From NCBI RefSeq assembly GCF_000023205.1, contig NC_012803.1:180001-212000 (forward strand): a DNA stretch of 32,000 nucleotides, written 5' to 3'. This document shows, one piece after another, positions 1 through 7,910 of the stretch (position 1 is its first letter; every line of letters begins with the position of its first letter). Below the pieces are notes generated by a model. It had not been told where the DNA came from. It searched no databases and was given only the letters and a program-made list of their open reading frames with translations. Position numbers and translations under genes: made by a program. This stretch comes from Micrococcus luteus NCTC 2665 (lineage in GTDB: Bacteria > Actinomycetota > Actinomycetes > Actinomycetales > Micrococcaceae).

Positions 1-1
1 G

Positions 2-631
2 GTGCTCGTGTTCCACGGCTACGGCTCCAACGAGGTCCGCGCGGCGCGCCGCCACTTCCCGATGCTCCCGGAGCGGTGCACCGGCCTGGCGGTGCGCGGC
101 GGCTTCGAGATCGACGAGACGGCCTCCGAGGGCCCGGGCGACCCCGGCGCACACGGCTGGTTCCTGCTCGACCTGCTGCTGCAGTCCGACTTCGCCCAGG
201 TGCTCGCCGCCGCCCACCGCGTGTTCGACGTGCTCTCCGCCGAGGAGGTCGTGGCGGCCGGCTTCCGCACGGTCTCGGTGCTCGGCTTCTCCCAGGGCAT
301 GGCCATGGCGACGACGGTCCTGCGTCTGCGTCCCGAGGCGTTCACCTGCGGTGTGGGCCTGAGCGGCTTCGCCGTCGACAACGAGCTGCTGGCCATGCTC
401 GACTCCCCGGCCGAGGGACCGGGCCCGCGCCCGTTCTTCTGGGGCCGGGACGCCGAGGACCCCGTGATCCATCCGGACGCCGTCGCCCACACCCGCGCGT
501 GGGCCGAGGAGCACACCCGCCTGACCGTGCGCACCTACCCCGGGATCTTGCACGGGACCGGCCCCGACGAGGTCCGTGACGTGCGCATCTTCCTCGAGCA
601 CTCCCTGCGCGCGGCGACGCCCGGGTCCTGA
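2..631 (+). CDS. alpha/beta hydrolase, phospholipase/carboxylesterase family; N-terminus probably upstream of the window
   Basis: The ORF runs from the window edge. It begins LVFHGYGSNE (the HG oxyanion region normally lies about 20-30 aa from the N-terminus in this family). It has the nucleophile elbow GFSQG and a late His (GILHG). Confidence 0.75.
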   Translation: MLVFHGYGSNEVRAARRHFPMLPERCTGLAVRGGFEIDETASEGPGDPGAHGWFLLDLLLQSDFAQVLAAAHRVFDVLSAEEVVAAGFRTVSVLGFSQGMAMATTVLRLRPEAFTCGVGLSGFAVDNELLAMLDSPAEGPGPRPFFWGRDAEDPVIHPDAVAHTRAWAEEHTRLTVRTYPGILHGTGPDEVRDVRIFLEHSLRAATPGS

Positions 632-655
632 CCGCGGGGGTCGCGCGCCGATACT

Positions 656-1534
656 GTGGCGCGCATGGCAAAGAACTCGACGATCGGCCGGTACGCGTCC
701 GGGAAGGTGAAGGACTTCGGGCTGAAGTCGGCACTCGATGAGAACGGCGAGCCCACGGAGGGCTTCGAGAAGGCCCTCTCCACGGTGTTGGCGGTCCAGC
801 GCCCCCTGGTCCTGAAGAACATCCAGCGCATGGCGGCGAAGCACCCGGGGGAGAGCCCGGAGCGTCTCGCCGAGCGGCTCGGGCAGCAGTACCTGACCAC
901 CGTCACGGGGGCCGGTGCCGCCGTGGGCGGCACCGCGATCGTCCCGGGCATCGGCACCGTGGCCGCGCTCGGCCTGTCCGGTGTCGCGGTCGCCGGCTTC
1001 ATGGAGGCCACCGCCCTCTACGCGCAGTCCCTCGCCGAGCTGCACGGCATCACCACGCAGGACCCGCAGCGCGCCCAGGCCCTCGTCATGGGCCTCATGC
1101 TCGGCGACGACGCCAAGGAGCTGCTCCGCGAGGCCGCCGCCAAGGCCGGCCGTCCCTACGACCCGCAGTCCAGCCTCAACGCGCTCGCGGGCACCGCATC
1201 GGGCACCGGCATCAGCGCGTTCGTGGTGGATCGCCTCAAGAGGACGTTCATGCGCAAGATGCGCCTGCGGCAGGGTGCCGGCTTCGTGGGCCGCGCCGTG
1301 CCGTTCGGCGTGGGCGCCGTGATCGGCGGCGTGGGCAACCGCGCCATGGGCAAGGCCGTGATGGAGAACGCCGCGGAGCTCTTCAGCCCCCTGCCGATGG
1401 TGATCCCCGGCGAGATCCGCGAGGGCGCCGCACAGGGGCGCGCCGATGGCACCAAGGACGACGGCGGCGTCTTCGGTGCGATCCGTCGCGCCCTGCCCGG
1501 CGGCAAGGACGAGAAGGACAAGCCCGCCGCCTGA
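656..1534 (+). CDS. conserved hypothetical protein with Gly/Ala-rich hydrophobic segments (possibly EcsC-like, unverified)
   Basis: 292-aa ORF with coding-like composition. It has two glycine-rich hydrophobic stretches (GAGAAVGGTAIVPGIGTVAALGLSGVAVAG and GAGFVGRAVPFGVGAVIGGVG) and a charged C-terminal tail. The start is GTG 656 or ATG 665, with no clear SD for either. Confidence 0.6.
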   Translation: MARMAKNSTIGRYASGKVKDFGLKSALDENGEPTEGFEKALSTVLAVQRPLVLKNIQRMAAKHPGESPERLAERLGQQYLTTVTGAGAAVGGTAIVPGIGTVAALGLSGVAVAGFMEATALYAQSLAELHGITTQDPQRAQALVMGLMLGDDAKELLREAAAKAGRPYDPQSSLNALAGTASGTGISAFVVDRLKRTFMRKMRLRQGAGFVGRAVPFGVGAVIGGVGNRAMGKAVMENAAELFSPLPMVIPGEIREGAAQGRADGTKDDGGVFGAIRRALPGGKDEKDKPAA

Positions 1535-1547
1535 CGGCCTCGTCCCC

Positions 1548-1621
1548 GCGCTTTCGAACGTGAGAGAGGCCCAATCTCACGTTCGAAAGCGCCCATTCGC
1601 CCCATTTCACGTTCGAAAGTG
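1548..1621. repeat. three copies of the about 24-nt TTTCG..GA(A/G)A intergenic repeat; two of them form an 18-bp perfect hairpin
   Basis: 1548-1565 GCGCTTTCGAACGTGAGA is the exact reverse complement of 1575-1592, with a 9-nt loop. A third, inverted unit lies at 1597-1620 (ACTTTCGAACGTGAAATGGGGCGA on the minus strand). The locus lies between the convergent stops at 1534 and 1640. Confidence 0.85.
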
Positions 1622-1639
1622 CGGGGTAGGGGCCGCGTC

Positions 1640-2917
1640 TCAGAGGAACAGCGTGGCCACCCCGTGGATCGCCAGGCCCGCGAGCGCGCCGACGACCGAG
1701 CCGTTGATGCGGATGAACTGCAGGTCCTTGCCCACGAACAGCTCGAGGGTGCGCGCGGTCTGCTCGCCGTCCCAGCGGGCGACCGTCTCCTCGATCACCC
1801 CGGTCACTGCCGGGCCGTAGGAGCTCAGCGCATACGCCGCGGCGCGGCGGGCGTGGCCGTCCACGCGGTCGCGCAGCTCGGGGTCCTCCTGCAGGCGGGC
1901 GCCGAGGTCGCGCAGGGCGGCCACGAGCGCGCGGTGCAGGTCGGAGGACGGGTCCTCGAGCGCATCCAGGAGCGAGTCCCGCAGGGAGACCCAGGCCCGC
2001 CCGGCCCATGCACGCAGCCGTTCGTCCGCGAACAGGTTCCGCTTGAACCGTTCCACCGAGGCGCGGGTGGCGGGCTCGTTCCGCATCTCGTCGGCGAGGC
2101 GGTCGAGCCAGTCGTCGACGGCGCGGCGGGCCTCGTGCTGCCGGTCGCGGCGGATGCCGGCGAGGTACTTGAGGGTCTCGGCGTGCAGTCGCTCGGCGAG
2201 GAGGCGGTCCACGAGGTCCGGGCTCCACTCGGGGGAGCGGCGGCGCACCGTCTCGACGAACAGCTCGGGGTGGGCGGCCACCCAGTCCCCGGTGTGGGCG
2301 ACCACGAGGTCCACCACGCGCTCGTGGTGCCGACCGGCCACCACGTCCTCCAGCACGCCCGCGAGCGTGGGGGACCAGTCCGGGGCCACCATGTGGCGTT
2401 CCATCAGCTGGTGCAGCAGCTCCTGGACGGCGTCGTCGTCGGCCGCGGCCATGGCGCCCCGGGCCGCGGTCGCGATCTCCCGGGCGGTGCGGGCCGCGTT
2501 CTCCTCACGGCGCAGCCAGCCGCCGGCGGCCTCGGCCACCTTCAGCCCGTCGACCTTCTCGTGGGCGACCTCCGAGTCCAGGAAGTTCTCCTGCACGAAC
2601 TCGGTCAGCGCGGCGCCGAGCTGGTCCTTCTTCCGCGGGATCAGGGCGGTGTGCGGCACGGGCACACCCATCGGGTGGCGGAACAGCGCCGTGACCGCGA
2701 ACCAGTCCGCCAATGCGCCGACCATGCCGCCCTCCGCGGCGGCGCGCACGTAGCCCCACACCGGGTGGACGTCCTGCAACGGGAACGCGACCACGAACAC
2801 CACGGCCAGCAGGATGAGCAGCCCCAGGGCGACGGCCTTCATGCGCCGCAGGCCCGCCGCGCGTTCGAGGGCGCCGGCGCTGAGCAGCTGCTGGGCGGGG
2901 TCGGGGGAGAAGGACAC
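1640..2917 (-). CDS. DUF445-family membrane protein
   Basis: Motifs typical of DUF445/YjiN: LRRMKAVALGLLILLAVVFV, FRHPMGVPVPHTALIPRKKDQLG, and C-terminal FIRINGSVVGALAGLAIHG. I prefer GTG 2917, preceded by AGGAG at 2921-2928. The longest ORF would start at 2995. Confidence 0.8.
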   Translation of the reverse strand: MSFSPDPAQQLLSAGALERAAGLRRMKAVALGLLILLAVVFVVAFPLQDVHPVWGYVRAAAEGGMVGALADWFAVTALFRHPMGVPVPHTALIPRKKDQLGAALTEFVQENFLDSEVAHEKVDGLKVAEAAGGWLRREENAARTAREIATAARGAMAAADDDAVQELLHQLMERHMVAPDWSPTLAGVLEDVVAGRHHERVVDLVVAHTGDWVAAHPELFVETVRRRSPEWSPDLVDRLLAERLHAETLKYLAGIRRDRQHEARRAVDDWLDRLADEMRNEPATRASVERFKRNLFADERLRAWAGRAWVSLRDSLLDALEDPSSDLHRALVAALRDLGARLQEDPELRDRVDGHARRAAAYALSSYGPAVTGVIEETVARWDGEQTARTLELFVGKDLQFIRINGSVVGALAGLAIHGVATLFL

Positions 2918-3017
2918 GGGAGGCTCCTGATCGCGTGCACCGAATGGTCCCCACCAGTTAACCAGCCGGGCACCCTGCGGTGACGTGGCCGGCACACGCG
3001 CTCCCTAGCCTGGCGGC

Positions 3018-3941
3018 GTGCCCGCCCTCGTGATCGCCCACCGCGGTGCCTCCGCCGCCTTCCCCGAGCACACCCGCGCCGCCATGCTCCACGCCCTCGC
3101 CGTGGGCGCGGACGGTCTCGAATGCGACGTCCAGCTCACGCGGGACCGCGAGGTCGTCTGCTGGCACGACCCCACCGTGGACCGCACCTCGGACGGGCGC
3201 GGCGCCGTCGCGGACCACACGCTCGAGGGTCTGCGTGCCCTCGACGTCGTCTCGTGGCACGCCCGGCGTCCGGGGGCCGAATCCACCACGACGACGGCAC
3301 CGCCCGCTGCGTACGGCGGCGCGGGGGAGCAGGTGCTCACCCTGGCCGACCTCCTGGCGATCGCGACGGCCGCGGACCGGCCGCTGCGCCTGGCCGTGGA
3401 GCTCAAGCACCCCTCCCCGTTCGGGCATGAGCTCGAGGAGCGGGTGCTGCGGGAGCTGCTGCGGGCCGGCTGGGACTCGGAGACCGGCCGGGTGGGTCAG
3501 GTGCAGGTGTCCCTCATGAGCTTCCACCCGGACGCGCTGCGCCACGTGGCGCCGCTGGCCGGCACGGACCCCCTCTGCCCCCTGATGGATCTCATGCCGA
3601 CGGAGCTGCCGACCCGGCTCGCGCGGGGGCCGCTGAGCCGGGCGGCGGTGCGCGCGGCGGCGCGCCAGTCGCTGGCCGGGTCCGAGGCGCTCGTCTGGCG
3701 CGGCCGGGCCGGGATGGCGGGGCCCTCCGTGGCCTACGTGCGGGAGCACCTGGCGGACGTGAAGGCGTGGCTGGCGGCGGGGCGGCGGCTGCGCGTGTGG
3801 ACCGTCGATGAGCGCGAGGATGCCGAGTTCCTCCTCGCCCAGGGGGTGCAGGAGCTCACCACCAACCGTCCGGCGGACGTGCTGCGCTGGGTCCGCGAGC
3901 GGGCCGCCGCGCGTCGGGAGCGGACGCCCGCCGGGGTCTGA
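3018..3941 (+). CDS. glycerophosphodiester phosphodiesterase (GDPD family)
   Basis: The N-terminus VIAHRGASAAFPEHT...ECDVQLTRDREVVCWHDPTVDRTS is the canonical GDPD catalytic signature (HR...E.D...H.D). Confidence 0.85.
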   Translation: MPALVIAHRGASAAFPEHTRAAMLHALAVGADGLECDVQLTRDREVVCWHDPTVDRTSDGRGAVADHTLEGLRALDVVSWHARRPGAESTTTTAPPAAYGGAGEQVLTLADLLAIATAADRPLRLAVELKHPSPFGHELEERVLRELLRAGWDSETGRVGQVQVSLMSFHPDALRHVAPLAGTDPLCPLMDLMPTELPTRLARGPLSRAAVRAAARQSLAGSEALVWRGRAGMAGPSVAYVREHLADVKAWLAAGRRLRVWTVDEREDAEFLLAQGVQELTTNRPADVLRWVRERAAARRERTPAGV

Positions 3942-3975
3942 GGGCGCCGTGCCGCACGCGCAGACGCGGCCTGCG

Positions 3976-4037
3976 TTGCGTTCCTGCCCGCGCTGGTGGT
4001 TATAGTCACATCCAGGACCGTGCTCCAGGTCACATCC
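3976..4037 (+). promoter_or_regulatory. candidate promoter plus direct-repeat operator upstream of the peptide ABC operon
   Basis: TTGCGT (3976-3981), 19 nt, TATAGT (4001-4006). GTCACATCC occurs twice (4005-4013 and 4029-4037) and TCCAGG twice (4011-4016 and 4024-4029). This is motif inspection only. Confidence 0.3.
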
Positions 4038-4095
4038 GACGGCGCAGTCCCCTCGCACCCGTGTCTCGGCTGAGACCTCTCCCGGAGGAGCCCCC

Positions 4096-5778
4096 ATGGC
4101 CACCCGTCTGCGTCACCGACTCCTGTCCGCCGCCGCGCTCACCGCGGCCGGCGCCCTGCTCGTCACCGGCTGCGCCCAGAGCCAGCGCGACGGCGGCGGC
4201 TCCGGCGGCTCGGGCGGGGGCGACGCCGCCCAGGTGGACGGCTCGTTCATCTTCGCCGCGTCCTCCGACCCGAAGACCCTGGACCCGGCCTTCGCCTCCG
4301 ACGGCGAAACCTTCCGGGTCTCCCGTCAGATCTTCGAGGGCCTCGTGGGCACGAAGCCGGGCACCGCGGACCCCGCGCCGCTGCTCGCCGAGTCCTGGGA
4401 GTCCTCGGAGGACGGCCTCACGCACACCTTCACCCTGAAGGAGGGCGTGCGCTTCCACGACGGCGAGCCGTTCAACGGGGAGGCCGTGTGCGCCAACTTC
4501 GACCGCTGGTACAACTTCACGGGCATCCAGCAGTCGGAGACCCTCTCGTACTACTACGGCAAGCTGTTCCGCGGCTTCGCGGACAAGCCCGAGGACGCCG
4601 TCTACAAGGAGTGCGAGGCCACCGGCGAGCACGAGGCGAAGATCACGCTGGCGCAGCCGTTCGCGGGCTTCATCTCCTCCCTGTCCCTGCCGGCCTTCGC
4701 CATGCAGTCGCCGAAGGCGCTCGAGGAGTACAAGGCGGACGAGGTGGGCGGCACCGCCGAGTCGCCGCAGCTGTCCGAGTACGCCCGGGCCCACCCCACC
4801 GGCACCGGCCCCTACAAGTTCGAGTCCTGGAGCGTGGGTGAGGACATCAAGCTCACCGCCAACGAGGACTACTGGGGCGAGGGCGGCGAGGTCACGGACA
4901 TCACCTTCCGCGTGATCGACGACCCGGTGGCCCGCCGTCAGGCGCTCGAGGCCGGGGACATCGACGGCTATGACCTCGTGGCCCCCGCGGACACCGCGGC
5001 CCTGTCCGAGGCCGGCTTCAACGTGGTGGCCCGCGACCCGTTCACCATCCTCTACCTGGGCCTGAACCAGGAGAAGGAGGAGCTCCAGGACGTCCGGGTG
5101 CGCCAGGCGATCGCCTACGCGATCGACAAGGACGCCCTCATCGCGCAGACCCTCCCCGAGGGCACGGAGCCCGCCACCCAGTTCATCCCGAAGTCCGTGA
5201 ACGGGTACAGCGAGGACGTCACCACGTACGAGCACGACCCCGCCAAGGCCAAGGCGCTGCTCGCCGAGGCCGGCTACCCGGACGGCTTCACGATCGACTT
5301 CAACTACCCCACCGGCGTCTCGCGCCCGTACATGCCGACCCCCGAGCAGGCGTTCTCCAACATCTCGAGCCAGCTGGCCGAGGTGGGCATCACGGTGAAC
5401 GCGAAGCCGGCCAAGTGGAGCCCGGACTACCTCGACCAGGTGCAGGGCTCCGCGGACCACGGCATCCACCTGCTCGGCTGGACCGGCGACTACAACGACA
5501 CGGACAACTTCGTGGGCGTGTTCTTCGGCCAGGAGAAGCCCGAGTTCGGCTTCACCGACGAGGAGCTGTTCTCCGCCCTCGAGGAGGCCCGCCAGATCCC
5601 GACGCTCGAGGAGCAGACGCCGAAGTACCAGGAGATCAACCAGCAGATCTCCGAGATCGTCCCGGCGGTCCCGCTCGCCCACCCGGCCCCGTCGCTGGCC
5701 TTCGACAAGCGCGTGGCCTCCTACCCGGCGAGCCCGGTCAACGACGAGGTCTTCAACGAGATCGACCTGACCGAGTGA
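4096..5778 (+). CDS. ABC transporter substrate-binding lipoprotein, family 5 (peptide/nickel, DppA/OppA-like)
   Basis: Signal peptide with lipobox LLVTGC, a Gly-rich linker, and SBP_bac_5-type sequence (TFTLKEGVRFHDGEPFNGEAV). SD GGAGGAG lies upstream of ATG 4096. Confidence 0.9.
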   Translation: MATRLRHRLLSAAALTAAGALLVTGCAQSQRDGGGSGGSGGGDAAQVDGSFIFAASSDPKTLDPAFASDGETFRVSRQIFEGLVGTKPGTADPAPLLAESWESSEDGLTHTFTLKEGVRFHDGEPFNGEAVCANFDRWYNFTGIQQSETLSYYYGKLFRGFADKPEDAVYKECEATGEHEAKITLAQPFAGFISSLSLPAFAMQSPKALEEYKADEVGGTAESPQLSEYARAHPTGTGPYKFESWSVGEDIKLTANEDYWGEGGEVTDITFRVIDDPVARRQALEAGDIDGYDLVAPADTAALSEAGFNVVARDPFTILYLGLNQEKEELQDVRVRQAIAYAIDKDALIAQTLPEGTEPATQFIPKSVNGYSEDVTTYEHDPAKAKALLAEAGYPDGFTIDFNYPTGVSRPYMPTPEQAFSNISSQLAEVGITVNAKPAKWSPDYLDQVQGSADHGIHLLGWTGDYNDTDNFVGVFFGQEKPEFGFTDEELFSALEEARQIPTLEEQTPKYQEINQQISEIVPAVPLAHPAPSLAFDKRVASYPASPVNDEVFNEIDLTE

Positions 5779-5807
5779 GCCCGGCGGGCCGGGGACGACC
5801 CGCCCCA

Positions 5808-5848
5808 CCCGCGACGACGGCGCCGCGCCCCGGCGCCGTCGTCGCGGG
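5808..5848 (+). terminator. intercistronic stem-loop after the binding-protein gene (partial terminator or mRNA stabiliser)
   Basis: 18-bp perfect stem: CCCGCGACGACGGCGCCG (5808-5825) pairs with CGGCGCCGTCGTCGCGGG (5831-5848), with a 5-nt loop and no U-tract. Confidence 0.55.
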
Positions 5849-5914
5849 CCCGCCCGTCACCGCCTGTCCCTCGCACCGACCGGCCCGGCCCCCGCGCCGG
5901 CATGGAGGCCCCTC

Positions 5915-6919
5915 GTGCTCAGACTCATCGGCAAGCGCCTGCTGCTGCTGATCCCCACCCTGTTCGGACTGTCCGTCCTGCTGTTCGTGTGGGTCCGCAG
6001 CCTGCCCGGCGGCCCCGCCACCGCCCTGCTCGGCGACCGCGCCACCCCCGAGGCCGTGGCCCGGGTGAACGCGGCGTACGGCTTCGACAAGCCCCTGCTC
6101 GAGCAGTACGCCACCTACATGGGGCGGCTGCTGCGCGGCGACTTCGGCACCTCGATCATGACGAATCGGTCCGTGGTCGAGGAGTTCGCGGACCGCTTCC
6201 CGGCCACGCTGGAGCTCTCGATCTTCGCGATCGTGTTCGCGGTGGTCATCGGCATCCCGCTCGGCTACTGGGCCGCCCGCCATGTGGGCCGGTGGCAGGA
6301 CGACGTCGCCGTCGTGCTGTCCCTGATCGGCGTGGTGGTGCCCGTGTTCTTCCTGGCGTTCATCCTCAAGTGGGTGTTCGCGGTGAAGCTGGGCTGGCTG
6401 CCCACGGACGGCCGACAGGACCCGCGGATCGACGCCACCCACTACACGAACTTCTACGTGTGGGACGGCATCATCACCGCCGAGTGGGACGCGGCCCTGA
6501 ACGCGCTGACCCACCTGGTGCTGCCCGGCATCGCGCTGGGCACCATCCCGCTGGCGATCATCGCGCGCATCACCCGCGCCTCCGTGCTGGACGTGCAGGA
6601 CGCGGACTTCGTGCGCACGGCCCGCGCCAAGGGCCTGGCCCCGCGCCTGATCCGGGACCGGTTCATCATGCGCAACGCCCTGCTGCCGGTGAGCACCACG
6701 CTCGGCCTGCAGCTGGGCCTGCTGATCTCCGGGGCGGTGCTCACCGAGACGGTGTTCGCGTTCAACGGGATCGGCCGGTTCCTCGCCCAGGCGATCTTCC
6801 AGCTCGACTTCCCGGTGCTGCAGGGCTTCATCATCTTCATCGCCCTGCTCTACTCGCTGATCAACCTGGTCGTGGACGTCTCCTACGGCCTCATCGACCC
6901 GAGGGTGCGTGTCTCATGA
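5915..6919 (+). CDS. ABC transporter permease (DppB/OppB-like)
   Basis: N-terminus MLRLIGKRLLLLIPTLFGLSVLLF and C-terminal LVVDVSYGLIDPRVR are hallmarks of DppB-type permeases. GTG start preceded by GGAGG. Confidence 0.9.
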   Translation: MLRLIGKRLLLLIPTLFGLSVLLFVWVRSLPGGPATALLGDRATPEAVARVNAAYGFDKPLLEQYATYMGRLLRGDFGTSIMTNRSVVEEFADRFPATLELSIFAIVFAVVIGIPLGYWAARHVGRWQDDVAVVLSLIGVVVPVFFLAFILKWVFAVKLGWLPTDGRQDPRIDATHYTNFYVWDGIITAEWDAALNALTHLVLPGIALGTIPLAIIARITRASVLDVQDADFVRTARAKGLAPRLIRDRFIMRNALLPVSTTLGLQLGLLISGAVLTETVFAFNGIGRFLAQAIFQLDFPVLQGFIIFIALLYSLINLVVDVSYGLIDPRVRVS

Positions 6920-7908
6920 GCGTGAACCTGCCCCCCAGCCCCGGCGGCGGACCCACCGAGCACGCCGTCGACCACGCGCTGGCGCCCGTCGAGGCCGGGG
7001 CCACCCAGGCGACCACCGAGGCCGCCGCGGACGCACGCGGCACCTCCGTGTGGGGCGCCGCGTTCCAGCGGCTGCGCCGCAACCCGGCGGCGATCGCCGG
7101 CGCCGTGATCGTGCTGCTCTTCGTGCTCGTGGCCGTCCTCGCCCCGGTGCTGGCCCCGTACGCGGGCACGGCCACACCCGGCATGCGCGAGATCCGCCCC
7201 ACCCACGTGCCCGGCCCCGGCGAGGTGGCCGGCTACCCGCTGGGCCTGGACCGCTTCGGCGGGGACGTGCTCTCCAAGCTGATCTGGGGCGCGCAGGCCT
7301 CGCTGCTCATCGGCGTCATCTCGACGGCGTTCGGCCTGGCCGGCGGCATGCTGCTCGGCCTGCTGGCCGGCACGTTCGGCGGCTGGGTGGACTCCGTGGT
7401 GATGCGAGTCGTGGACATCCTGCTCTCGGTGCCCAACCTGCTGCTGGCGGTGTCCATCGCGGCGATCCTCGGGCAGACCCCGTTCGCGGTGATGATCGCG
7501 ATCGGGGTGGCGCAGGTGCCCGTGTTCGCGCGGCTGCTGCGGTCCTCGATGCTCACGCAGAAGGGGTCGGACTACGTGCTCGCGGCGCAGACCCTCGGCC
7601 TCTCGCGCGGACGGATCACGATGTCCCACGTGCTGCCGAACTCGCTGGGCCCCGTGATCGTGCAGGCCACGCTCACCCTGGCCACGGCCGTGATCGACGC
7701 GGCCGCCCTGTCCTTCCTCGGCCTCGGCGGCGGCCGCCCCGAGACCGCCGAGTGGGGCCGCATGCTCACCTACGCGCAGGCCGAGCTGGGCATCAACCCG
7801 TGGCTCGCGTTCCTGCCCGGCCTGTGCATCGCCATCACCGCGCTCGGCTTCACCCTGCTGGGCGAGTCCCTGCGCGAGGCCCTCGACCCGACCTCCCGGA
7901 GGCGCTGA
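6916..7908 (+). CDS. ABC transporter permease (DppC/OppC-like)
   Basis: ATGA start/stop overlap with the upstream permease. Contains GLDRFGGDVLSKLIWGA and the EAA-loop region SDYVLAAQTLGLSRGRI, ending LREALDP. Confidence 0.9.
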   Translation: MSVNLPPSPGGGPTEHAVDHALAPVEAGATQATTEAAADARGTSVWGAAFQRLRRNPAAIAGAVIVLLFVLVAVLAPVLAPYAGTATPGMREIRPTHVPGPGEVAGYPLGLDRFGGDVLSKLIWGAQASLLIGVISTAFGLAGGMLLGLLAGTFGGWVDSVVMRVVDILLSVPNLLLAVSIAAILGQTPFAVMIAIGVAQVPVFARLLRSSMLTQKGSDYVLAAQTLGLSRGRITMSHVLPNSLGPVIVQATLTLATAVIDAAALSFLGLGGGRPETAEWGRMLTYAQAELGINPWLAFLPGLCIAITALGFTLLGESLREALDPTSRRR

Positions 7909-7910
7909 CC

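Noticed and set aside
1551-1620. TCGAAC / GTTCGA hexamers inside the 1.5 kb repeat units resemble half-sites of the actinobacterial LexA SOS box (TCGAAC-N4-GTTCGA).
   Set aside because: No pair of half-sites has the required 4-nt spacing. The hexamers are part of the repeat-unit core, and the locus is downstream of both flanking genes.
4030-5808. 592-aa ORF antisense to the substrate-binding protein gene. The same class of long antisense or off-frame ORFs occurs at 7770-9659, 9371-11356, 11581-13371, 13186-15411, 15793-17793, 19969-22377, 21963-23504, 23606-25558 and 26284-28053.
   Set aside because: Each lies exactly opposite, or out of frame with, a gene that has strong family motifs. Their translations are Arg/Gly/His/Asp/Val-rich low-complexity strings with no motifs. 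This is typical of stop-codon-poor non-coding frames in DNA of about 70% GC.
5902-7908. The 668-aa and 918-aa ORFs (5902-7908 and 6909-9665) look like giant fused proteins.
   Set aside because: Only their C-terminal parts (from ATG 6916 and ATG 7911) carry permease and ATPase motifs. The upstream parts are off-frame read-through across the preceding genes.
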